DNA from: Vicugna vicugna
Lineage: Eukaryota
Reading direction: 5' to 3'
DNA length: 64,000 nt
NCBI GenBank assembly: GCA_013265495.1
Contig: MU058781.1
Coordinates: forward strand, 3,969,050 to 4,033,049
Shown: positions 36,014 through 47,899 of the stretch, piece after piece
How positions within the stretch are numbered: the stretch's first letter is position 1
How the letters are laid out: each line of letters starts with the position of its first letter
The notes under the pieces: model-generated
What the model was told of the DNA's origin: nothing
The model's input: only the letters and a program-made list of their open reading frames with translations
Databases searched by the model: none
Translations under genes and position numbers: made by a program

Positions 36014-37324
36014 GTGAGTATCTTTTTAGAACATCTCTTATGATGAAAAGATCTCCTGGGGCACCAACCCGGGTGCGTTTTGTAGATGGTGTGCGTCACT
36101 GAACAACAGGGAGAGTTGTACTCTCAGAGCCCTGGCCACACCCCAGACTGGGGGTCTCCCTGCAGGAAGCTCCCAGCTTGTCCTCCATCTGGTGGCTCTG
36201 CACAGAGCTCCGGGAAGACAAAATGAAGGCAAATGGGTGAAGGAAGTTTGTGAAATGCTGACGGATCAACTAAAGCACCAGCAGGCCTTATAGTTATGGT
36301 GGTAGAAAATGGAAGCCTGCTCGTCCACCCTGCGGGGCGAGCAGGGTCCTTCCTGTAGGCAGGGGAGCCAGCCCAGCCACCCCGGGACAGACCAGCCTCC
36401 TTCACCTGCCCATGAACTCTTTTCTCTTGGAGGTTCCCTCTTACAATTTTGGTACTTCCACCACTTTTTAAGAATTAACCCTGAGAAGCCAGAAGCACAC
36501 AGAGGGTGGCCTGGGGCGGAGGAGGACTGGCCGGCACTTGGGCGTCTTTGACACGCCCTTGAGTGTCGGTGACAGACTCCAGCCTACACCCCTCCCTGCC
36601 TCTTTCTGCAGGCTGCCCACCTGGGTTGCCAGTGGTCGTGGGGTAGCAGGGCCAGCTCTGGGCCTGACCCACTAGGAAGCGGTCAGTCCCATAGGTCTCA
36701 GAGTCAAGGAGTGCTGGCTACTCGGGGACCAGGACAAGGGTCACCCAGGAGCGGTTCAAGGGCTGGTTTTTGTCGCTCACGGGGCCCTTCTGTTCACTTC
36801 CTTGGCTCTCTAGCCAAACACTCATCTCTCTGGTTCCCCTTTTAGACATCAGTAAGTCCGTCGGAAAGCTCCAGTGAGCACCTGCTGTGTACAAGGCATT
36901 ATGCTAGGCACTGGAGGGAGTGTAAAGAGGCGTAAGCCCTATGTCCTTCCCTCAAGGACACCGTAAGAAACTTACAGCTTGTTCTTTAGAGTTATTTGCA
37001 TATAAGAATATAATTAGAATTACCTCATGGTACATTTTAAAAATAAATGACTTGAGTTTTTTGTTGGCAAATGCCCATTTCCATGGGCACTGATTTTCCG
37101 TACAGATCTCTTCACAGTCGGGTCTTGAAATGGCCCCTGTCTGTAACTCCTGGTTGACATGTGGAGGTGCCAGAGAAATAGTGCAAAGCCACTGTGAGTG
37201 AGTCAGGCAGCCAGTGTCACAAGGGCTCCCAGAGGAGCTAGTGAATGTTAAATCCAGCTGACGACTGATGCATTTTTTTGTTATTCACTTCTCAACTTAT
37301 CTCGTATTTGATTTGATTTTTCAG

Positions 37325-37453
37325 AAGTTTGCACGACAGCAGAGTATTTTCCCAGATTTTTCTAAACCCGTCATGGAACAGGCTTTCCTGCCAGTCACCT
37401 CCCCAAGTAAGCAGTCGGAGCCCGTGACTCTTCACAAGACGGTACTGGTGTGA
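37325..37453 (+). CDS. CD83: CD83 coding exon 5 (cytoplasmic tail to TGA)
   Basis: Acceptor GATTTTTCAG ending at 37324; encodes KFARQQSIFPDFSKPVMEQAFLPVTSPSKQSEPVTLHKTVLV*. Confidence 0.97.
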   Translation, partial: KFARQQSIFPDFSKPVMEQAFLPVTSPSKQSEPVTLHKTVLV

Positions 37454-38900
37454 GCAGGACTTCTGCAGGCTGTGTTTTCTAAGGACGGAGGCTCCACGGG
37501 GTGCCTCCAGACTGCAGAGGCGCGAGCCCCTCACTGAAGATGGCAGCCTTCCCGTGAAGTCCTTCCCTCGACCGAGACATCCCAAAGTGGATCCCACGCC
37601 GCCTTTTGTGAGCAGGGCCTCGAAGACTGTGACATGACCGCAAAGCGTGAGGCCACCTGCAGGGGGCTTGCCCCTGCTGCTTCTCCGTGACCTTCTCAGC
37701 GTTGTATTCAGCGCTCCGGTCAACCTCTTGGACAATTTTTTCAGTCCTAGAAAAGCTATGGTGAGATCCAGTTGGAAAAAGGGTCTTGGGAAATACGAAT
37801 GCCCAGAGCTGGCCCTGTGATAGACCATTGAGGACAGCTGTCCTCTTCCACATCTGGAGAACATCTCTGAACGTGCTGTCCAAGCCCAGATGTTTTATGT
37901 CTGGGAGAAATCGACAGGCCAAGCTGTGAGACAGTGGGAAATATTTAGCAAATAATTTCCCGGTGGGAAGGCCCTGCCATTACCACGGAGTATGATGTGT
38001 ACATAGAAATAGCAGGTCGGTGAACTGTCCCCAGCAGGGCCTTTTGATCGGGGAAAGACATCCATAAAGAAGCAATAAAGAAGAGTGCCACATTTATTTT
38101 TATATCTGTGTATACTTGTCAAAGAAGGATTTGTGTTTCTTCTCCTTTTGAAATCTCTATCTTCAGTTAGATGCCCTTGCTCACTGACCAGCAACCCGCA
38201 TGTGGAGGAGGAGGAGAAGTCGAAGACGGTGACAATAAGATACAGAGCTACTTAGTGACCTGATGGAAATGCTGGACCAATTGTGCGGTCTGGGTGCTGG
38301 CCCCGCCGTTCCGCTCCCTGGCTGTCTGGTCTTAGACAAGATCCTTATGATTTCTCCTCTCTCAGTTGTAAACCAAAAGGTTGTTGTATGAGTTGGTTGG
38401 AAAAAATGTATGTGAAAATGCTTTGAAAGAGTATAAAGCACTATCCAAAATTCGAAACGCCTTCGGGTCATTATCCTTATTATTGCAGTGTTGCTCTGGG
38501 CATGAGAAAATGCCTTTCATTCTTCATGTTTTCCATCGCTCCAAACAAAGAAGGCTACGGAGGAGACTTTCCCATAGTCTTCTGTACGAATTCCTTCGGG
38601 GAAGTGAGGAGGCCAGTTCGGCGGTCTGTTCTTGAAGCACCAGCCAAAAGTACTCCAAGATATGGACACTCAGGAGCCACTGGGCCACGGGGAGAAGGGA
38701 ATTCACAAATATTCCGTTGATGTTTTGGCAGTTGTTGGGTTTCTCTTATCAGACTTGGCCCTTCCTCTACTTAATTTCCGAAGAGATAATTGCCCACGCT
38801 GATACTCGAGAGGAAAAGGGGTGCCGAGTTTAGTGTTTCTGCCTCTTTGCCATAGCTTTCATGTTATTAAATTTATGCATGTGAAGAGGGAGTGGTTTTC
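37454..38900 (+). other. CD83: CD83 3' UTR (3' end uncertain)
   Basis: Follows the stop codon. Candidate poly(A) signals are AATAAA 38074-38079 (followed by U/GU-rich sequence) and ATTAAA 38866-38871. Contains a MIR-like fragment at ~38345-38455. Confidence 0.55.
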
Positions 38901-39439
38901 TTTTTTATATTTAAAACTACTCATAAGATGTTGGGATGAGTGCTAGTTGGAGAACCAGAACCTAAGATGAAATTCTAGAGATGAAAGACTGGCTAAGTCC
39001 TTCCTCTGAGAGGGAGGGCCTTTGTGGCAGGCAGACCTCCATGAAGCAGCATCGCCTTCTTCCCAAAGATGCTCCTGAATCCATCCTCCAATTCCCTTGT
39101 CACCAGGTGGTACATGATCAGCCTGACCACGTGCATGACCACAGGTGGGCAGGATGGAAAGAAGGAGAGTATCTATTTCAGAAGGATGTTTCAAGCCAGG
39201 GGCTCTGTGCCTGTCATTCATGGGGTTTCACTCAAAATTTTCAAATAGGTCCATTACCCCCAAACAGTAAGAACAGTCTAGTGCAAGTGGTTGTAACAGT
39301 TATAAAAGCATCATGGAAATGGCTCTTGGTAAAGACGAATGCCCATAAAATGTCTGTGAAAGCTGCAGATTCCCTTTCAGTGGAATCACCTCCATTCTCA
39401 GGTGCCTTATGGAAAGTGTTGCGGAGACCACTGGCCTGA

Positions 39440-39660
39440 TAATGAAGAGCTCGGAGTTCTTACTCAGCAGGTTTGATGCCCAGCTTCACCACCTGCAAGT
39501 TTTACCACCTTGGGTGGGGGTTCACCCCTCTAAGCCTCAGCTGGCGGTTCTTTAGAATAAGAATAAAAATAGTATCTGCCCATTAGGTTTGCCGTGAGGA
39601 TTAAATGAGATAATGTATCTAAGAGCTTAGTTAGCTCAGTGTCTGGCAAATTGTCGTGTT
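39440..39660 (+). mobile_element. MIR SINE
   Basis: cctctaagcctcag...gtgaggattaaatgagataatgtatctaagagcttag. Confidence 0.8.
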
Positions 39661-39957
39661 AGAACAAGGTTAACATTAGAACAAGGAAGAAGGAGGCAGC
39701 AGAGAAAGTGAGATGACAGTGAATCTTTGACAGACAAAATGCTTTTGTTAAAAGGAACAGAATTGACTTGATGGGAGAGTCGTGTTGCTTTCGGAGGATT
39801 AATACCAGGTGAAACGAAATGTTTCTTGGCCCTTAGAACTATAGTACACGAGAGACCAAGGAAGGGGGACCCTTCATCAGTTTGGACTGCAGGCTTGAGA
39901 TGAGGTAGACTCAGCATTCATACCTAGTGTCTTTGGTATAAGAAAAGCTGTGTGGAT

Positions 39958-39989
39958 GTGTGTGTGAGTAAGAGAGAGAGAGAGAGAGA
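39958..39989. repeat. (GT)n/(GA)n microsatellite
   Basis: Directly visible. Confidence 0.85.
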
Positions 39990-40468
39990 AGGGTAGAGGT
40001 CAGGAGGGCTGAACGTATCCAGGAGCGTGAGCTAGTTTTCCACTGCCTTGATTGCCGCCTCCCAAGGTATTTCCAAAGAAGGTAGATGATCGTGGACCAT
40101 ATTTATTTTTTGTCTCTACCTCCAGGGAAAGTTTTATTTTCAGGGACCTGCTTTGTCTATGAAATTAGATCTACAGTTACAATAATTTCACCTCAGGATG
40201 CCCCAAGACACGAACACTGACGTGAATATTAGCTCCACATCCTCCCCAAAGAAGGCCTGCGGTTTTTGTTTTTATAATCATTCTAAGCAGGTTTCGTCAT
40301 AGGAAGTACTGAGCTGCACTCACAGAAGCCAAAAGAGCCTGATGCTTTGTTGGGGCTGCAGAAGGTACCCCGCGGCAGCCCATGGGCGCAGAGAATGCTT
40401 GAGGCTCGCGTGCTCGACCCCACGGCAGTCAGGGTTGGGAGTCTCAGAATAATTCAGTCTGGTTTCCT

Positions 40469-40970
40469 TGTTGTAGATAAGTGTGTGACAGCTCAGTGTT
40501 ACAGCTCAGTTGTGACAGCAACCTGGATCTGGGTGGGAGATCAAGCAGCACTTGGAGAGTTGGAGAACTAAGGTTTATTATGCCAGTGGGCCCAGAGGAG
40601 TTAACACTCCAAGCTCAACCCTGCCTGTAGGTTTACACAGGCTTTTACAGGCTACCAGTCTAGACTTTGCCACATTTTGTAACATCATATGCAAATAAGG
40701 TATAACAAAGGTGACTAGGAACAAGCTTTGTAGAAATGGACCAATCAGGAGTGAGCTCCATGCAAATGAGTCACTACAAATGGACAAATCAGGAGTTAGC
40801 TCAGGGAACCAATAGAATTTTAGGGGTAAGTTCCACTTTCTTAGAAGAAAGCCGTTTCAGAGGCAAAAAGAGATAAAGCCTCTGGGCCAGGGAATCGGAT
40901 GATGCTGTCAGGAGAGTAGTGGCCCTGCCTCGGGGTCCTGCCGGTCTTTTTTTATGGGGCTTCCACCTCA
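40469..40970 (-). mobile_element. ERV (ERV1-type) solo LTR, ~500 bp
   Basis: Minus strand starts TGAGGTGGAAG and ends CTACAACA; AATAAA on - strand at 40574-40579; duplicated CCAAT units in U3; near-TSD tcct/ccct. Confidence 0.8.
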
Positions 40971-41329
40971 CCCTGACTCTTTTCTTCTTGGCAACTTTAT
41001 GTGGCTACATTACCTGGATAATTGTTTAACACTCCATCTTTCCTATGTGAAAACAGCCAGAGGCCCCAGACCTTTAGGATAGGAGCTGTTTGCTTAGTTC
41101 AGCAACGTTCTCTCATAGTTTTGCAACTGATTGTCTGCAGAGCCAGGTTTGCCCTAACTGGTCAGTAGGACACAATCAATCAGTTCTTTGGTCAGAGACT
41201 TTGATTGCTGTTTATTGTCTTCTCAAGACCAGATGGGTTTATTGTCTAATTTTTAACCTTTAAATTACATAAGAAATTAAAATTCTGCCACTTTCTTTTT
41301 TTGTAGTGTCTGTGTGTGTGTTGAATGGA

Positions 41330-41700
41330 TGGAATTAAACATGAGTATCTTTGCTGAGCCTTTACTCTGGACAGAACACTGTTGTAGTAGGCCCTCTGTG
41401 TCATACTCCAAGAAAGCCAGACACAATCCTTCCTTTCAAGGCCCTGATGATCTAACCGAGGGAGTAATGAGCTCAGAGCTCTATGTGTGGCTGCTGGTTT
41501 TACTTAGCATTAGGGAAGTATACAACACATAGTGGGAACACAGAAAACAGACTGGGAGTATCCAAGTTCACCTGGGAGCACCTTAGAAGGATTTATAGAG
41601 CTAATTCCTTTTGAACTTGGACTTGAAAGATAAGCAGGATTTTGAGTGGTAGTAATGGCCAGGGGAGGTGGGAATGCCAGAGGCTCGTCTCTAATGCAAA
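41330..41700 (-). mobile_element. L2 3' relic
   Basis: ttgaacttggacttgaaagataagcaggattttgag...; typical L2 3' antisense pattern. Confidence 0.6.
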
Positions 41701-42284
41701 AAGGGAGAGAGAATCCTTGAACAGAGGATTGTATGAGAGTGTTTGTGGGCGCAGGGCACCCACAGTGCAGGCCAAGGAGGCAGGAGGCAATAATGGAAGA
41801 CAGACAAGTTACTGCAGAGAATGTGCACAATGGGGCGGCATGGACGGATTCTGAGCTCAGAAGCTGTGTGAGTAGATCTATTTCTGGGACAATAACCAGG
41901 AAAACAAAGTGAAGGATGAAATAAAAGAGCTGGAGGAGATGGAAGCAGGAAGACCATCTTGGAGGCTGATGGAAGCCCAAAGAAGCAGAGCATCAGTAGA
42001 AGGGAAAAGGAGGGCTGGAAACAAACTGGTTCCTATATGTTGTCCTCTCAGTTTTCAGTCGTGGGTTTTCTTACGATCCTAACTGATCTCTCTCTATATA
42101 TCTATCTATTTCTTTATCTATTTTTTTCCTTTTTCAGTTTTATAAAGTAGAGTCATTACAGTTTGACTGCACATACACATTATATTGCATGTAAATACAT
42201 ATGTACAGTATACTGCACTTTTTTTTAGTTTATATATATGTACTAATCATTGTTTCTAAGAACAGATTAGAGCTTTAGCTTTTT

Positions 42285-42400
42285 AAACTTCCATATCAAA
42301 GGAATCAACCACAAAATAAGAATCAACAGAATGCGGTAATCCAATCATAAAGGACAGTCAGATATGCTCACACATATATTTAAGAGATCAGTCATCTAAG
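42285..42400 (+). mobile_element. Putative non-autonomous Helitron-class element (Helitron*Na_Mam-like)
   Basis: catatcaaaggaatcaaccacaaaataagaatcaacagaatgcggtaatccaatcataaaggacagtca...cagtcatctaag resembles the recalled consensus; 3' end is CTAG-like. Confidence 0.5.
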
Positions 42401-44433
42401 TTGTAAATAATAAGTTCATTTGTGTCCTTATCATTTTCGTTGTTATTTTTTGATTCCACGTATAAGTGGTATGTGGCATTTTCCTTTCTCTTTCTGGCCC
42501 GCTGCACTTAGAATGATGATCTTCATCTATCCAATTTTATTTACTTAGTTCTTCTGTCCTCTTTTTAAGTAATGGGATGGAAAGAAAGAAACCGCCCCTT
42601 CCATCCTGACCGCTAACTAAAGGCAGAACTCAATCATCTTGGATGACAGGAAGGTCCCTGTGTTTCACAGCCGTCACGACAGCTGGCAGGCTCTGATGCT
42701 CCTGCATTCATAGACTTTGCATGGTTAAAACTGATTTTACCCCTCCTTACTCTTAGTCCTGCCTCAACTTTCCTGTCCCAGCAGAATATTCCTGGTTTTC
42801 CCCTTAGACAATTTGATATCATATTTGATCAGTGATTGGCAGACTTAGGAAACACAGAATGCATCATCGGTGCTCTTTTGGTTTATTTTTTCTGTGTTCA
42901 CAGTGACATAGCAAACGTTTGCTTCTTTCGTTGGTTCCGTGCCTTTATACTTCTGTCCAACGGACTACATGTTACATAATCGCTCCTTAGCGATTTTTAA
43001 AAATAAAACCTTCCAGCAATTGACTAACAGACCCTGCTAACCAAGCGTTAAGTTAAACCAAAAGATACCTTGAAGGGATCCTAATGGCTTGTGTGTGGGA
43101 ATCGGGGGATGAGCATGAATACATTTTAGAGAGAAGGAAAACGGTGCCTTATGACACGTTTGCTGCCCCAGAGCTTGATGAAATACTCATGAGCCCCATC
43201 CTGTCCTTCAGAGACAAGGCATTTCACTTGCAGACGTATCTTTTTCCTTTCCCACTTCTTGATTTCATTCCCCCCATGGGATCCCAGGTGAGCGTACAGT
43301 TAGGCAACAAAGACTAGCAGGAAAGCATCATCCGGGTGGGGTGTATTTGTTTTCCCTGGTGCCTGAGAAGTTAGGGTGAAGGAAGGAGGCGAAGCTCGGG
43401 CACAGAAAGCAAATCTCCTCTTCTTTTCTCCTTTCAATGCGTAAACATGAACAGAATCCCTCTGGGCAAGCGAGGCAGCCCTCACTTAGCAATTCATTTA
43501 GATTCTGCATGAGGAGGAGACACTGTTTTATTCTTCATTATAAGAGGGGCTATTTCTTCAAATTGACCATTTTCCCCCCTCGCTCCTTTGCAAAATAGCC
43601 TGTTGACAATCTCCCCCTGGAGATTACCGTACTTAGGAGAGACAAGTAGGAAGAAATTCAGGCATTGAAAAGCTTCAAGACATCCCATGGAGCTGGAATG
43701 CTTTTTTCAAAGGGGAAAAAAATCTGCAAATGTGTATGCACTTGCCTCTGTACCCGAAAGAACCAGCTGGACAGCCCATAAACGGCTCCCATCCAGGAAC
43801 AACAAAAACTCGTGTCAGAAGTCAAGGGACAGGGGGCTGAGAACTAATAATAATTTTGCACTTACACAGCAGTTCTCGTTCGAAGACCTCAGAGTGCTTT
43901 ATAAACATTAATTAAATTGCACCCCCCAGCCCTGTGAGATGGCGGTGTATCACTATATCCAATTTCCAGGGGGTGGAGGGAAGCTGGAACTGGGCCATGC
44001 TACAATGCATGTGGATTGTGGACTCAGAAAAAACAGTGGAACCTTTTGCTCCGTGAATCTAAGGCCACAGTCACGTATCATGGTAGCTGCTAGGCCAAGA
44101 GGGAGATGGGCCGGCAACAGGGTGACTGGCTGCCCAGGGTGACCACTCAGCTGGACCCACTTACTGCATAAGGTGAACCGGCAGCCACCTGCGCTAGGCT
44201 TGAAGGGGGCCGCGATGCTCTCCCCACGAGCGCATTACCGCTGCTGCCATCATTACAGAGTCGTTCCTTCAGCGGGACTCGTGGTGGTGAGTCGGTTTCA
44301 CCTGAGGTGCCGGCTCTGATGGCTTGGAGGTGTCGCCAGGACGGCTGCTTGCAGAAGGGCTGTGGAGTCTCGTGTCCTCGGCAGAACTTCCCATGATCGA
44401 TGACTGCTCTCTGCCCTGCGTTTGGGAAGAGGT

Positions 44434-44879
44434 TGTCGTGGGTTGAATTGTGCCCCCTGAAAAGTTGAAATCCTAACCCTGGTACCTGTGCACGTGACTT
44501 TATTTGGAAATAGGGTCTTTGTAGATGTAACCAACTTAAGATAAGGTCATGCTGGATTACAGTGGGCCCTAAATCCGACGTCGGTGTCCATGAGAAAAGG
44601 GCAATCTGGAAACAGACACAAAAGAGAATGCCATGTGAAGATGGAGTTGGTAACTGGGGTGATGTGCTTACAAGCCAAGGAATGATGAGGGTTGCTGGCA
44701 ATCACCACGGCTAGAAGAGGCGAGGAAGCAGTCTTTCCTGGAGACTTGGCAGGGGTCACACCCTGCTGACACTCTGATTTCGAACTTTTGGCCTCTTGAA
44801 TTTTGAGAGCATAAATTTCTGTTGTTTTAAGCCATGCTGTTTGTGGTACTTTTTACAGCAGCACTGAGAAATTAATACA
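44434..44879 (+). mobile_element. MaLR MLT1B/C LTR, near full length
   Basis: TG...CA ends; tgggttgaattgtgcccc...tatttggaaatagggtctttgtagatgt...gaaattaataca. Confidence 0.9.
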
Positions 44880-45454
44880 GTAGTATAAATATTGGAAGTT
44901 TCCAAATGCAGGATCTTTAAAACGGTCATTTATTTAAAAACACATCCCACCGTTGTAATAAATGAAGGAAAGTTTTCTGGACAATTATGCTGAGTACAGG
45001 GTGAGCACACGTAATGGCGGTGACAGTGACATCACCGTGGTCCCCTGACATGGCACAGGTGGATGGTTCTCGGTTGCTTAGATGCCACTGATGTTTTAGC
45101 TCATCAGTCCTGTTGGAACGTGTTGAATTATAATTGTGAAAATTCAGTAACACATCCCATTTCCTAATCCCCATAATGACATGGAAGGAAAACCAAGGAA
45201 ATTATCCAGAAGCCAGATCAAGTGCAGCAAAAAGGAAAAATAATCTACAAATAATAATAAGAAAAAAGCAAGCTCCAAACTCTGAGAAAGTTAGTCTGAT
45301 GTGGGCGAGGTTGCAGACATTTGGGGCAAGAGATCACCTGTTGTATCTGTCTTTAGTCTTGCCATTTGCAGGCTCCCTTTAAAAAAAAAATGCGCCCAGT
45401 CCTGGGAGGGGCACCACATAAAACAACACAATAGTGTCCGGCTACACACTGTTC

Positions 45455-45630
45455 TGGAAGGAAAATGGTCTTTGGAGTCAGGCAGATTGGAATCGAAATC
45501 CAGGCTCTGTCATTTGTCATTTACTAGCTCTCTGATGTCAGGGAAGTCACTTGACCTCTTGGTGCCTCAATGTACTCATCTACTAAGTGGATGTAATGAT
45601 ATTCTCATAGGCTTGCTCTCAGAACTAAAT
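45455..45630 (+). mobile_element. MIR SINE
   Basis: tttggagtcaggcagattggaatcgaaatcc...gggaagtcacttgacctcttggtgcctca. Confidence 0.75.
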
Positions 45631-46747
45631 GCATCCATAGCTGTTTCAAAGCCCGCTCTAGAGTATGTATGGTATTATCCGGTTCTGCTCAATAAATAGC
45701 TTTCCTTCCCGTGGAGAGTGGATAAGGTGGGAAAGGCAGGCTCGGGAGGGGGCAGGGTTGGGCTGGGGGAGGTGACCCAGGTACCCGTGAGTCTGCCACT
45801 GGACTGGGCTTGGAGGACAAGTTGCTTCCTTCTCCACTTGGCCTCAAGGTTGCCCTGCTCCCAGGATTCATTTTCCCTCTGTGTCTGGGGCTCCCCAGAG
45901 CTGCTGGGAGTGAGGGAGGCAGGCGGCCCACAGTAGGCTGCCGTGGGCAGTGGAGCTGCTTCCTTGTCTGCCATTGCTCTCGGAGGAGCGCCCACAAGCA
46001 GGGCACTGGAGATGAGGAGCCAGTGGGTGCAGTGCCAGCTGTCAGTGGAATCCTTTCCATAGGCCAAGAACCAAGCCATGCAAAGGAAAGAGGCAGGGGT
46101 TTCTCCTATCAGACGGGGCGGAGGAGGAGTCAGCAAGCTCACCTTCTCTTACAGGGATCTCTGAGCCCCACCTACATGTGTCAGCTCCGATTTACCCAAA
46201 CAGAACCAATCTTTGCCAACTGGCTTATCATCATCTTTTCATTTTTCCACAAATGCCAGCAAGTTTTGAGTATGACATCTTACCTCCCCAGGCTGCACAG
46301 AACCAAAGGCGTGAGTGACAGCCTTGATAGAAATATAAATATCTCTCACGTTGGCTTCCCCCCCCACCAAATACCGCTGGTAACACGCACAGACCCGACT
46401 CCGTGCAGGTCCTGAGCAGCTCACCCTTGGCCTTGGCCATCACCATGCTTTCCCTCTTGGGATGGCCGTGCCGCGCTTGCTCTGCCACCTGGTGGGCTGG
46501 ACCGGCAACTGCGCTTCCCCTACATGCAGCTTAGGTTGCCCGAGGCTGACTCTTGGCTGTTTGTTGCTGCTCCCGCTGCAGAGGCCCATGAACACTGGAA
46601 AGGCCTCTCTTGCCAATAAAAGCTCCCCAAATAAGAAGTTAGCTAACTGAAATTTCTTTCATCTTGAGTCACTCTTCACCACCCAGTGCTACATTCACAA
46701 ACATCTTGTCCGCCCCTTGCCAAAACCCTCAGCAGGGCCCAGACGCG

Positions 46748-47149
46748 TGACAAAGACCCTCTCGCCTTTGACCAGGCTGTAATCAGCCTCCTCGGAGCCC
46801 CCGCCCGGACGAGGCCTGACCTGGGCTTCCTCCTCTGTTTGAGCAGGAATCCTATAAAGTCAGTTTACTGAAAATTCCCCACTTTTAGTGTCCGACTAAC
46901 CTTGGCATCATGCTGATATCAGGCTGGCCTGCCTGGGGCAAGAATTCTGTTGAGTCGGTCTAGCAAGAATTCCCCTCCCCTGACGTCTCCCCTTAGTCAT
47001 TTTCCACCCCCTGACCCCTGCCTGGCTTCTTCACTACAAACCCCCATTGTCTTTGTTAGACTCAGAGTTGAGCCAAAACCTTACTGCAAACCCCCTTGCA
47101 GTAGGCTGCCTGTACTGAGTAACTGTCATTAATGATTTTTTCTTTAACA
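46748..47149 (+). mobile_element. ERV1 solo LTR (MER31-like)
   Basis: Starts TGACAAAGAC and ends TTCTTTAACA; internal caagaattctgttgagtcggtctagcaagaattcccc and gagttgagcc motifs. Confidence 0.75.
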
Positions 47150-47899
47150 CACTTCTGCTGTCACTGCAGAAGGCATGCCCAGCCCACATGGGCATCACAG
47201 GTAGGGACAGACTTTCTTCCTTGTCTTGGAGACCCTTAATCCCAGAAAGGGCCCGAGTCATCAGATGTTAAGTCTCTCAATAATCTTTCCCAGGAGGCCT
47301 ATGGAGGTTGGTGGTCGTGTTTCTTAGATTTGGGAGGGCATTCGTAATTTCAAATCATCTTTCTCACTGCCGGCAAACAAGTCCTGAATTTTGGGTTTAC
47401 ATAAAAGTTCGCTGTACTTTCTGTACTGGCCCTGGATCTCCCTCCTCATCACCCCAACTAGGGGCAACACCCATCGGGCTCCCACATCATCCCTTTCAAG
47501 TGTCCAGCCGTCCCCCTCAGCCTCAGAGCCTGTGTCTCCTTCATGACCCTCCCCATGACTTAGCTCAGCTGATTAACCGGGCCGTGGCTGGCCAGGCTCA
47601 CTTCCTTGGCAACTCGAGACTCGATCGGAGCCCAGGAGGAGAAAGAGGGGAAGAGACATGCCTTTGTTCTTTCTCCTCCCTGCCTCCCTGCCTAACATCA
47701 TGCTGCTGGGCATGTGATGTGCTAATCTGGCTACTTTTTTCTCCTGAAAATCCAACCCCATTGTCCCCAGTGCCAGTGCTTGGTGAAGAGAGGGCTGAGC
47801 TGAGCCTTGAACATGATGACAGGAAGTGAAAATCACCCTGAGATTCTGGGCATAAACAGGACCAATTAAGGGATGGTGAGTAAAGAGATTCTTTATTTA

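Larger units (their letters stand above)
21807..37453 (+). other. CD83: CD83 gene, start to stop codon; 5 coding exons, 199-aa Ig-superfamily type I membrane protein
   Basis: Exons of 37+116+211+107+129 = 600 nt join in frame with GT-AG introns to give MARGLQLLLLSCACSLAPAAREVKVACSEDVDLPCTAHWDPQVPYAVSWAK-LTVSG...VILKVT-GCSQGRREETFKKYRAEIVLLLTLVIFYLTLIIFTC-KFARQQSIFPDFSK...HKTVLV*, recognisably CD83. Confidence 0.98.

Noticed and set aside
37292..37922. 190-aa and 147-aa antisense ORFs over exon 5 and the 3' UTR
   Set aside because: No homology or promoter evidence; typical shadow ORFs.
45810..46415. 201-aa ORF (likewise 58503-59030 and 44147-44701)
   Set aside because: No recognisable protein family; one overlaps an MLT1 LTR; no coherent splice structure.
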